Source: Nemertoderma westbladi
Lineage: Eukaryota > Animalia > Xenacoelomorpha
Assembly (NCBI GenBank): GCA_032718475.1
Contig: JAUCBJ010004964.1
Span: forward strand, 1-47,357
Length of the DNA: 47,357 nt
Reading direction: 5' to 3'
Within the stretch, counting starts at the first letter, position 1, and each line of letters opens with the position of its first letter. Below the pieces are notes generated by a model. It was not told where the DNA came from and made no database searches. It worked only from the letters and a program-made list of their open reading frames with translations. Made by a program: the position numbers and the translations under genes. Of this stretch, positions 37,385 to 47,357 are shown in pieces.

Positions 37385-40300
37385 TCAAATAGGTTGTTAG
37401 TGTCCCATATAGGGTGTTTGTGTCCCATATAGGTTGATTTTGTCCAAAATAGCCTGTAGCTTTATCAAAATTATTTCAAATAGTTTATAAATGTAAAGGA
37501 ATACTGAAAAGAATATTGACTTCATAATCATAGCTTTAATTCCAATTTGTCCCAAATAGGTTGTTTATGTCCCATATAGGGGGTGTTTTTATACCAAATA
37601 GCATGTAACTTTCTCAAAATGATTTTACATAGTTTATAAATATGATGGAAATACTCAAAAGAAAATAGAATCCACTATCATACATAGCTTTAATTTAAAT
37701 TTGTCCCAAATAGGTTGTTTGTGTCCCATATAGGGTGTTTGTGTCCCAAATTGCGTGTGACTTTCTCAAAATGATTTTACATAGTTTATAAATATAATGG
37801 AATAGTTAAAAGCAAATAGAATTCACTATCATAGCTTTAATTTAAATTTGTCCCAAATAGGTTGTTTTTGTCCCATATAGGGTGTTTGTGTCCCATATAG
37901 GGTGTTTGTTCCCAAATTGCGTGTGACTTTCTCAAAATGATTTTACATAGTTTATAAATATAATGGAATACTCAAAAGAAAATAGAATTCACTATCATAG
38001 CTTTAATTTCAATTTGTCCCAAATAGGTTGTTTTTGTCCCATATAGGGTGTTTGTGTGCCCGTATAGCGTGTGACTTTCTTATAATGATTTCAAATAGTT
38101 TCTAAATGTAATGGAATACTCAAAAGAATATAGAATTCACTATCATTGTTTCTTTAATTTAAATTTGCCCCAAATAGGTTGTTTGTGTCCTGTATAGGGT
38201 GTTTCTGTCCTGAATAGGGGAATACAGCTTGCCAAACACATTGTTGCTGAATAGGGTGTACATTTCTTATAATGATTTTAAATAGTTTCTAAATGTAATG
38301 GAATACTCAAAAGAAAATATAATTCACTATCATAGCTTTAATTTAAATTTGTCACAAATAGGTTGTTTATGTCCCATATAGGGTGTTTGTGTCCCAAATG
38401 GCGTGTGACTTTCTCAAAATGATTTTACATAGTTTATAAAGAAAAAATATTTTTTTTATTATTCCATTATATTTATAAACTATGTAAAATCATTTTGAGA
38501 AAGTCATACGCTATTCTTGGGACACAAACACCCTATATGGGACATAAACAACCTATTTGGGACAAATTTAAATTAAAGCTATGATACTGAATTATATTTT
38601 CTTTTGAGTATTCCATTATATTTATAAACTATGTAAAATCATTTTGAGAAAGTCACACGCTATTTGGGACACAAACACCCTATATGGGACACAAACACCC
38701 TATATGGGACATAAACAACCTATTTGGGACAAATTTAAATTAAAGCTATGATAGTGAATTCTATATTCTTTTGAGTATTCCATTACATTTCGAAACTATT
38801 TGAAATCTATTATAAGGACTTCACACCATTTACGGGACACAAACACCCTATATGGGACAAAAACAACCTATTTGGGACAAATTGAAATTAAAGCTATGGT
38901 ATTAAATTATATTTTCTTTTGAGTATTCCATTATATTTATAAACTATGTAAAATCATTTTGAGAAAGTCACACGCTATTTGGGACACAAACACCCTATAT
39001 GGGACACAAACACCCTATATGGGACATAAACAACCTATTTGGAACAAATTTAAATTCAAGCTATGATAGTGGATTCTATTTTCTTTTGAGTATTTCCATT
39101 ATATTTATAAACTATGTAAATAATTTTGAGAAAGTCATTCGCTATTTGGCACACAAACACCCTATATGGGACAAAAACAACCTATTTGGGACAAATTTAA
39201 ATTAAAGCAATGATAGTGAATTCTATATTCTTTTCAGTATTCCATTACATTTCGAAACTATTTGAAATCATTATAGGCACTTCACACCCTATACCGGACA
39301 CAAACACCCTATATGGGACACAAACAACCTATTTGGGACAAATTTAAATTAAAGCTATGATAGTGGATTCTATATTCTTTTGAGTATTCCACTACATTTC
39401 GAGACTATTTGAAATCTATTATAAGCACTTCACACCCTTTACGGGACACAAACACCCTATATGGGACAAAAACAACCTATTTGGGACAAATTGAAATTAA
39501 AGCAATGATAGTGAATTCTATATTCTTTTCAGTATTCCATTACATTTCGAAACTATTTGAAATCATTATAGGCACTTCACACCCTATACCGGACACAAAC
39601 ACCCTATATGGGACACAAACAACCTATTTGGGACAAATTTAAATTAAAGCTATGATAGTGGATTCTATTTTCTTTTGAGTATTTCCATTATATTTATAAA
39701 CTATGTAAAATAATTTTGAGAAAGTCATACGCTATTTGGCACACAAACACCCTATATGGGACAAAAACAACCTATTTGGGACAAATTTAAATTAAAGCTA
39801 TGATACTGAATTATATTTTCTTTTGAGTATTCCATGAGATTTAGAAACTAATTAAAATCATTTTGAGAAAGTAACACGCTATTTGGGACACAAACACCCT
39901 ACCCTATATGGGACACAAACAACCTATTTGGGACAAATTTAAATGAAAGCTATGATAGTGAATTCTATTTACTTTTGAGTATTCCATTACATTTCGAAAC
40001 TATTTGGAATCATTATAAGCACTTCGCACCCTATACCGGACACAAACACCCTATATGGGACACAAACAACCTATTTGGGACAAATTTAAATTAAAGCTAT
40101 GATAGTGGATTCTATTTTCTTTTGAGTATTTCCATTATATTTATAAACTATGTAAAATAATTTTGAGAAAGTCATACGCTATTTGGCACACAAACACCCT
40201 ACATGGGACAAAAACAACCTATTTGGGACAAATTTAAATTAAAGCTATGATACTGAATTATATTTTCTTTTGAGTATTCCATTATATTTATAAACTATGT

Positions 40301-41465
40301 AAAATCATTTTGAGAAAGTCACACGCTATTTGGGACACAAACACCCTATATGGGACACAAACACCCTATATGGGACATAAACAACCTATTTGGGACAAAT
40401 TTAAATTAAAGCTATGATAGTGGATTCTATTTTCTTTTGAGTATTTCCATTATATTTATAAACTATGTAAAATAATTTTGAGAAAGTCATTCGCTATTTG
40501 GCACACAAACACCCTATATGGGACAAAAACAACCTATTTGGGACAAATTTAAATTAAAGCAATGATAGTGAATTCTATATTCTTTTCAGTATTCCATTAC
40601 ATTTCGAAACTATTTGAAATCATTATAGGCACTTCACACCCTATACCGGACACAAACACCCTATATGGGACACAAACAACCTATATGGGACAAATTTAAA
40701 TTAAAGCTATGATAGTGGATTCTATATTCTTTTGAGTATTCCACTACATTTCGAAACTATTTGAAATCTATTATAAGCACTTCACACCCTTTACGGGACA
40801 CAAACACCCTATATGGGACAAAAACAACCTATTTGGGACAAATTGAAATTAAAGCTATGGTAGTGAATTCTATATTCTTTTGAGTATTCCATGAGATTTA
40901 GAAACTAATTAAAATCACTTTGAGAAAGTAACACGCTATTTGGGACACAAACACCCTATATGGGACACAAACAACCTATTTGGGACAAATTTAAATTAAA
41001 GCTATGATAGTGAATTCTATTTTCTTTTAAGTATTCCATTACATTTCGAAACTATTTGGAATCATTATAAGCACTTCACACCCTATACCGGACACAAACA
41101 CCCTATATGGGACATAAACAACCTATTTGGGACAAATTTAAATTAAAGCTATGATAGTGGATTCTATTTTCTTTTGAGTATTTCCATTATATTTATAAAC
41201 TATGTAAAATCATTTTGAGAAAGTCATACGCTATTTGGGACACAAACACCCTATATGGGACACAAACACCCTATATGGGACACAAACACCCTATATGGGA
41301 CACAAACAACCTATTTGGGACAAATTTAAATGAAAGCTATGATAGTGAATTCTATATTCTTTTGGGTATTCCATTACATTTCGAAACTATTCGAAATCAT
41401 TATAAGCACTTCACACCCTATACGGGACACAAACACCCTATATGGGGCACAAACAACCTATTTGA
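37385..41465. repeat. Inverted pair of ~130-bp tandem arrays (~8 units one way, ~22 the other), flipping at ~38440-38460
   Basis: GTCCCATATAGGGTGTTTGT before 38440, ACAAACACCCTATATGGGAC after. Confidence 0.92.
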
Positions 41466-42270
41466 GTCAAATTTAAGACTTATTAAGGACTATTTGGGAT
41501 GAAGTTGAGTCTGGGGGAGGAGGTTGCGATATCACTAATTTGATTGTCATTTAATTATTATTATACGAATGTATTTAGATTTATTATATGTGAATAAATT
41601 GCACCACATGAATAAATTGCACAATGAATAAATTTGCACAACATGAATAAATTGCACAATATGAATAAATTGCACAACATGAAATGAAATAACGTGACTA
41701 TGGTGACACTATAGCCTATAATGCATCACAGTCTTACAGGCCATTTGCAAGGCACCCACAGTATATCTTTAACCATAACTAGGGAACATGTATTCCAAAT
41801 GCCCTTATTTAGAATGGGAATTTCCACTGTACATATACCTCAACCAGCTCTTGTCCCAAATACGTTGCTCTGTCCAGTATAGGTTGTTATAATGAGCCCC
41901 GGATTCGTAGCTGACACTTGGATTATATATCAGTGGAATTTTCCATTAACCTTTACATTATATAGCCAATAAGGGAGATGCCTAACTTTAGGAATGTTGG
42001 TATTGGTTCGATGACGAGGAGTTGGCTCATATGATGATTTCATTGGATGCCCCTATATTGGACAGGTTGGAAATCATTATACAACGTATTTGGGACAGGT
42101 AGGAATAATAGAAAGCCCCATAGAAGTGAAGGGAAACACCCTATTCTGGACAATGATGTAGACACTACTCATAGTTTCGGAGGAGTTTACCCGATATACA
42201 TACACATACATACATATATACTGAATACTTTTACAGTAAGAAGTCCTAACGGTTTTCTAATTAAATTTCC

Positions 42271-43205
42271 GGGTAAATCTTTTCGACCTACGCGTAGGCC
42301 TACGCGTAGCTACGCGTAGCTACGCGTAGCTACGCGTAGTTTGTAACTTCCATTCCTGTCATTTACCGGTAGGGCCAGACTTACTGCCTTTTTTACAACT
42401 ACGCGTAGGTGTTTTAAAACTACGCGTAGTTATTTTGGAACTACGCGTAGGTATTTTGAAACTACGCGTAGGTGCTACGCGTAGCTACGCGTAGGTGCTA
42501 CGCGTAGCAGTCCTGATAACAATGATTTTTCATTTCAGGTCCGGTAGGGTTGAGTTGTTAGGCAAGTATCGGTACATGTCAGGTATCTGATTATCAGACA
42601 AATGTAATATCAGAATCGGAAACTCATATCTCTACATACAGCACTGGTAATAAATAATATTCGGCTCTTTCACATACAAACACAGAGGATGAATAAAAAG
42701 TAAACTTAAAATTCACGTCTCATGATAGACAATTTAGTCTCCCCCTTCCCTTGTCAAGGGGTTAACATATTAAAAACAGTATATCCTAGTTGCCCTATCG
42801 TGAACAAAGGCAATAAAAAGCATAGAGAATCGATAAGAACCATCGGCCTATTTCCTTTGTAAACTATTTTTGAACTCTAAACATTAATTATTAACACATT
42901 TTACCGCCCGCAACGCATGAAGTGAAGAATATGTAGTTTTCGCGTATTCCTCTATATAGAGGATACAGGTATAGGATACATTACTGTTGAAAGCATTTGA
43001 TGGTTGTGGGTTGTTTATTGAACATACCGTATTGCTGTATTGTGTCTTATTTTAGTACTGACTCGCTTGGAATACGTAAGCCTACTAATGATAAACGACG
43101 TATAGGCATAGTTATGGGTAGCACCTATGCGTAGGTCGCGTAGGACCTACGCGTAGCTACGCGTAGCTACGCGTAGGCCTACGCGTAGGTCGAAAAGATT
43201 TACCC
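42271..43205. mobile_element. Third copy of the CTACGCGTAG MITE, inverted relative to 7554-8695, with internal deletions
   Basis: Both TIRs intact; body is the reverse complement of 7770-8695; no matching TSD. Confidence 0.9.
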
Positions 43206-43244
43206 TTTATTATTGTCATTAGAACCTCTCCTGATTCGAGCGGT

Positions 43245-43290
43245 TTCTTATTGGTAAAATATTCAAATATTTTAAACGTCCAATCAGAGA
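43245..43290 (+). promoter_or_regulatory. Possible CCAAT boxes upstream of the LOTUS gene
   Basis: ATTGG at 43250 and CCAATCA at 43280, ~400 bp before the ATG. Confidence 0.3.
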
Positions 43291-43658
43291 CTGCTTGAAA
43301 TTAGGATGTTCTAACTGTCTAACGCCTCCTGTCTGGCTCTGGCTGCACCGTTACTGCTGTAGTGCTGTACTGCAGTACTGTACAGTCAACAGTTGTCAGG
43401 TCAGTTTACTTTAATTCTGTAATTACTGTACAGCTGTAAGCCATGCCACATTGTGCTAGCCTCATCTGACATTTGCTCATTTACATGCAGACATTAGTGA
43501 CATTACACTTACAGCATTAGCTTATACTGCCAGCGCCAGGCTGCCAGGCCAGACTGCTGAACAGCTGATAGTGGATAGGCATGATAGATTGATACTGTGA
43601 TAGGTCTGTAGGTGGAATACAGAATAGGCTACGGTTTACCAGTTTACATTCCAACATC

Positions 43659-44076
43659 ATGACTGACTTAGCCGCAAAGAAGGCGGACGTGGCAGTGCAT
43701 GTGAGTTCTATTCTTTCCACGGTGGCACCTCGAGGATTGGACGCAATCGAAATTATCCGGGACTACAAGGATTTCATTTCCGAGCAGCTACCGTACGAGG
43801 AATTAGGATACAATAGGGCGGAGGATTTACTCAGAGACATTCCTAGTCACGTAACTTATAGCTACGATTCGCGGTCGCGATTAATATTCTACGCCGTCTC
43901 AAACGAGAAATACGAAGGGATAATTTCTCTCGTTTCAAGAACTAGGCCAAAAACTAAGAATAGAAAGCCTAGCAAGACACGAAATTTCCATTCATTTCCA
44001 CGACGTCGCCACCAACCGCAGATCCAGGCGTACTTCCGGGAACGCCTGAGTAGCCTTTTAGAGAACCATCTCGAAG
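43659..44076 (+). CDS. LOTUS (OST-HTH) domain protein, TDRD5/TDRD7-like, coding exon 1
   Basis: VSSILS...GL..I.RDYKDFISEQLPYEELGYNRAEDLLRDIP plus the extended-LOTUS helix GIISLVSR; donor G|GTAAAT. Confidence 0.85.
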
Positions 44077-44987
44077 GTAAATGCGTATCACCAGATCACT
44101 GTATCATGTGCCATAGCGTGAGACGTTTTGTTTTTTATATTCTTGCTATATTTTACGTGCCTGTATGCATTTTTATTGCTTATTTACGCTGCTATGACTG
44201 TGGTATCTCCATACCCAAAATAATATAATAATAATATAATATATCATACTAGGGCGTATGCAGGTATGGGGATGGGCCTATCTATGTTCGTTCCTATATT
44301 CTGACAATGTCAGATTGTGCATACGGTACGGTCTGACGGTAGGCCTACCTCTCTAACTGCCTACCTCCGCTTCACAGCAGTTAAAATTCGGTACCGCTAC
44401 CATGCAGCCATACAAAATTTCCTGCTTACAACTGTACAACAATTCTGCCTATATTCTTAAAACTTCCGCTGTCTTGCCTCTCAGCCTCTGTTTTTCAGTT
44501 TAGAGGAATTTCGTACATTAATGTTTGATACATAAGAATAGATATTGAGGTAGAGCTGAATACAAAATGTAAAAGTTATTTTAAATGTACCGGTAACAGG
44601 GTAATGTAAAGTTTAGAGATTTGATAGATACCGGTAGTGGTCTTTGACAGGCATTGTCTAAGCTCTATTGTCTAAGGCAGTGCTCTTCTCTGGATTCCAC
44701 GTATGTTTATAGAAATACTATACATGTGGCTTGTATTCCTGGGTCTATTCTTTTAATGGCAGCCATGCGAGCTCCCTGGAGTGGTCCTGTGTGATATGGC
44801 AGCGATGTTCTAGTTCCAGGCATAGAGGGTATCAGTGGTTTCTAGAACACTGAATATAGTTAGGCCTATTCTTTGAGGCATGGTTGCCATTTCTGGCAGA
44901 GCACGGGAATAACGTTGTACTTTACTTTGAGTGACTATAAAATGCTAAACTATGATGGCCCTCTCTATAGTGAATAAATCCTCATCG

Positions 44988-45088
44988 GTCCTGGTAGCTC
45001 AGTTGTTTTAGGACAAACACTCGGCTGATGATAACCGGAAGTTTGAAACGTAGGTAGGCCTACCTGGTTCGAGCCCCAATAGGGGCGG
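44988..45088 (+). pseudogene. Degenerate tRNA-like sequence or SINE head
   Basis: A-box TAGCTCAGTTG and B-box GGTTCGAGCCC, but with insertions and broken stems. Confidence 0.5.
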
Positions 45089-45414
45089 TTGATATTTTTT
45101 TTTTTTGGGGGGGGGGGGGGCATTATCATAATGTACTAACTATAACATAATATATATATATATACCAGCATGAGGCCACAAAATCCATGTGCGGCTGAAT
45201 GAGACTGTTGCACAATGTATAGTCGTCTTGAGTGAGACTCAGTCTAAACGAGCACCCTGATGACTATCTGTACCAGTACCAGATAAACAGCAGTATTCTA
45301 CTAAATATACAAAACACGGTATATGTCAATGTCATGGGTCATACAGAAACAATAAATAAGGCTCATCCTCATACTAATTATATGTCCCAATATAACATTA
45401 TATTTGCCTTCAAG

Positions 45415-45959
45415 GTATTGTGGACTCTGACTTCCCTCGTCTATACCGTGAGCGTTACGGCGACTTCCCCAGCTCGTTGCGGTGGGGTTGCCAGAACCTC
45501 CACGAAATCCTACTGTCCCTCGGTGACGCGGTCCAACTCCAGTACCTCCATCCGGGATTCCGGATCTACGGTCGTCCGCCACGTCGGACGGTGCCGCCGG
45601 ACACCGCTGCACCGTACCGCCCGAGGCAGACGGTGCCGGTTGCCTTCCGGACTCAACCCGCACCACAACTAGCCACCACTACCGCACCACAACTAGCCAC
45701 CACTACCGCACCACAACTAGCCACCACTATTACACCACAACTAGCCACCACTACTTTACTGCCACTAGCCATCGCTTCTTCCCCACCACACCCCCGCGAC
45801 CGTTACAGTCCGGAATCCGGTAACGTGACCGCTTCCAGCCCCGAGCTGCCGCCATTAGCGCCCAATGATCCTTCCACCGACTCATCAGGAAGCAGCGGCG
45901 TCCCATCGGGATCCCGCCAAGCCTTCCTGGACGATTCAGAGGAAGAACGGCTACGGCAA
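45415..45959 (+). CDS. LOTUS domain protein, exon 2 (second LOTUS domain plus Pro/Thr/Ser linker); gene continues beyond this exon
   Basis: Phase-1 join LEG|GIVDSDFPRLYRERYGDFPSSLRWGCQNLHEILLSL; donor CAA|GTAAGT. Confidence 0.85.
45660..45775 (+). repeat. Coding 24-bp repeat (APQLATTT) x4-5
   Basis: CACCACAACTAGCCACCACTA recurs every 24 bp. Confidence 0.9.
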
Positions 45960-46067
45960 GTAAGTGGAATTGACTTAAATGTTGTCGTTACCAAGTTTAA
46001 TTAATAATTAATTTTATCAAAAGGTTCAATAAGGTTCTTAAATACTTTTAACATTTAAAAATACGTT

Positions 46068-46500
46068 CCGACCTTGGTGTAGTCGTAGTGGTCGCATTGA
46101 ATTCACATCTCCTGTAGGTCGTGGGTTCGATCCCCGCCTGGGCCAGGGCAGTTTTCGTTTCCGCACGAATGCTTTAAAGGGACCAGCCAGGGCGCATCTC
46201 TGCCTTGTATCCTTAAGTGGTAGCTAAATGAGTACTGGAGTTCCTCTGGGGAGTAAAGTTCTTGGGGGACCGCACTGGAAATAAGTCGTACAGTTTATTG
46301 TACCCGTCGACTGATGGGGGGAGACCTGGATCCGGTGTAACCATATTGTGGCGTGACCACATTGTGGCGTTTCCCCCACACCGTGATGGATAATCGCTGG
46401 AACATGTGGCGGATGGAGTCGCTCGAGGGAATACCTCGCATGAGACCTTGGAGACGGTCAATCTCCCGGATAGTGGCCCGGATATTACTTATATAAATAA
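46068..46500 (+). mobile_element. tRNA-derived SINE
   Basis: A-box TGGTGTAGTCG, B-box GGTTCGATCCC, body with TAAATGAGTAC..TGGGGAGTAAAG, AT-rich tail. Confidence 0.7.
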
Positions 46501-46643
46501 GGCGAGATTTTGAAAATGCTTTGGGATTAGCTATTTATTCAATTTGTTTATTAACTGATTATTAAATACCCGCTCCATTCCAAGGCATTTATCCAAGGGT
46601 GTGTTGTGTGTGTGTGTGGGGGGGGGGGGGGGGGGGGGGGGGC

Positions 46644-47357
46644 TAGTGTAGAAACGGGATCCCGGCGAAAAGTGCAATCCCGCCTGGTGCCGACTTTATG
46701 GACGGGATCCCGAAGTATAGATAATTAAGTAAATTTGTTGAATATTTTATAAATAGTTCCAGCAGAACTGAAATGTTTTGATTATATCGAATTTTTATGT
46801 CAGTAAACCATCCAGTAATAAATTGCAAAATAATTTTACTATTACTTTATCTTACTAATATTTCAGAAGTGTAAGATAAAGTGAAAAACCCACCACATAG
46901 GCCTATACTAATTACCTTAAGGAAATTTAATACAAAATTGCAATCCCGATCCCGAAAAAACGGGATCCCGAGAGTGATTGATAATCCCGATCCCGAAAAG
47001 TCCGATCCTTTTAAACATAAGGTGTGATCCTGATCGAACCCCGCCACCACCCCCCGAAATTCTGAAGTGGCCAAAAGTAATTTACTAAGCAGCTAATGTG
47101 TTTTAATGAGACAATGTTTGTTTAGACTTATAAGTAATATGACAAACATTACAGAGACATTTTTAGGATCATCGCCAGTCGTTCTAGGAATTTCGAAAAG
47201 AAACCTGGCACAATTATTGTTACGGTACCATCTAAAGAGTTGTTTACCGCAATACCAAGCTGCGTATCTGTGTTCAACTACCGATTTGGTGTTTGCTTGT
47301 AGAATTCTCACGGACTGTGTTTGTTTGTATAAGTTGGAACTTTTCGCTGTGGCGACT
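46644..47357. mobile_element. End of a hAT-like element with CGGGATCCCG subterminal repeats; possibly continues past the window
   Basis: TAGTG terminus; ATCCCG repeated about 9 times in 46650-47000; the minus frame near 47200-47310 only weakly resembles a decayed hAT dimerization motif. Confidence 0.5.

Larger units (their letters stand above)
27737..42170. mobile_element. 14.4-kb composite foldback element (FB/Galileo-like architecture) with a duplicated left arm and 6.7-kb cargo
   Basis: ATAGTTTC at 27729-27736 and 42171-42178 abuts the TIR ends (CAATAGTATCTACATC vs reverse complement GAGTAGTGTCTACATC); ~700-bp TIRs at 27737, 36666 and inverted at ~41460-42170. Confidence 0.8.

Noticed and set aside
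37385-41465. Regularly spaced repeats resembling a CRISPR array
   Set aside because: The intervening sequences are themselves repeated rather than unique spacers; no cas genes; eukaryotic context
38999-41502. ORFs with repeated GHKHPIW/DTNTLYG peptides
   Set aside because: Translations of the satellite
27666-42319. Recurring short ORFs MPLYWTGWK... and MSRIGCFPS... (27666, 27754, 36538, 36683, 42047)
   Set aside because: They lie in the TIR copies, recur only because the TIR does, run into different flanks and show no domain
42263-43213. TSD for the third CTACGCGTAG MITE
   Set aside because: Flanks AAATTTCC and TTTATTAT do not match, so none is claimed
44988-45088. Functional tRNA gene
   Set aside because: Insertions disrupt the cloverleaf; kept only as a pseudogene or SINE head
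45232-45994. Alternative-frame and antisense ORFs over LOTUS exon 2
   Set aside because: Shadows of a GC-rich coding exon; only the spliced frame continues the LOTUS domain
47167-47357. Possible next exon of the LOTUS gene after TTTTAG
   Set aside because: The phase-0 frame needed after exon 2 hits a stop within 7 codons, and the region follows hAT-like repeats

Overview
AT-rich, repeat-dense eukaryotic DNA, most likely from an invertebrate animal. It has GT-AG introns, LINEs, SINEs and many MITE/foldback elements, and no prokaryotic features. Host-type genes: an intronless BTF3/NAC-beta gene (1603-2064, -); a spliced SLC16/monocarboxylate-transporter-family gene (-, seven coding exons read in phase from 23533 down to 10533); an intronless 496-aa two-Ig-domain type I membrane protein (31457-32947, +); and the first two exons of a LOTUS-domain TDRD5/TDRD7-like gene (43659 onward, +). 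The main finding is a 14.4-kb composite foldback element (27737-42170) bounded by an exact 8-bp direct repeat (ATAGTTTC). It has ~700-bp TIRs, inverted ~130-bp tandem arrays and a duplicated 2.2-kb left arm, and a 6.7-kb cargo between the two arm copies carries the intact Ig-membrane gene. A P-element/THAP9-type transposase remnant lies 1.3 kb to its left. Other points: a MITE nested in a copy of itself; TA->TA(N3-4)TA micro-insertions, seen by comparing repeat copies, that look like excision footprints; and a back-to-back pair of RTE 3' ends. All calls were made by eye without database searches, and boundaries marked ~ are approximate.
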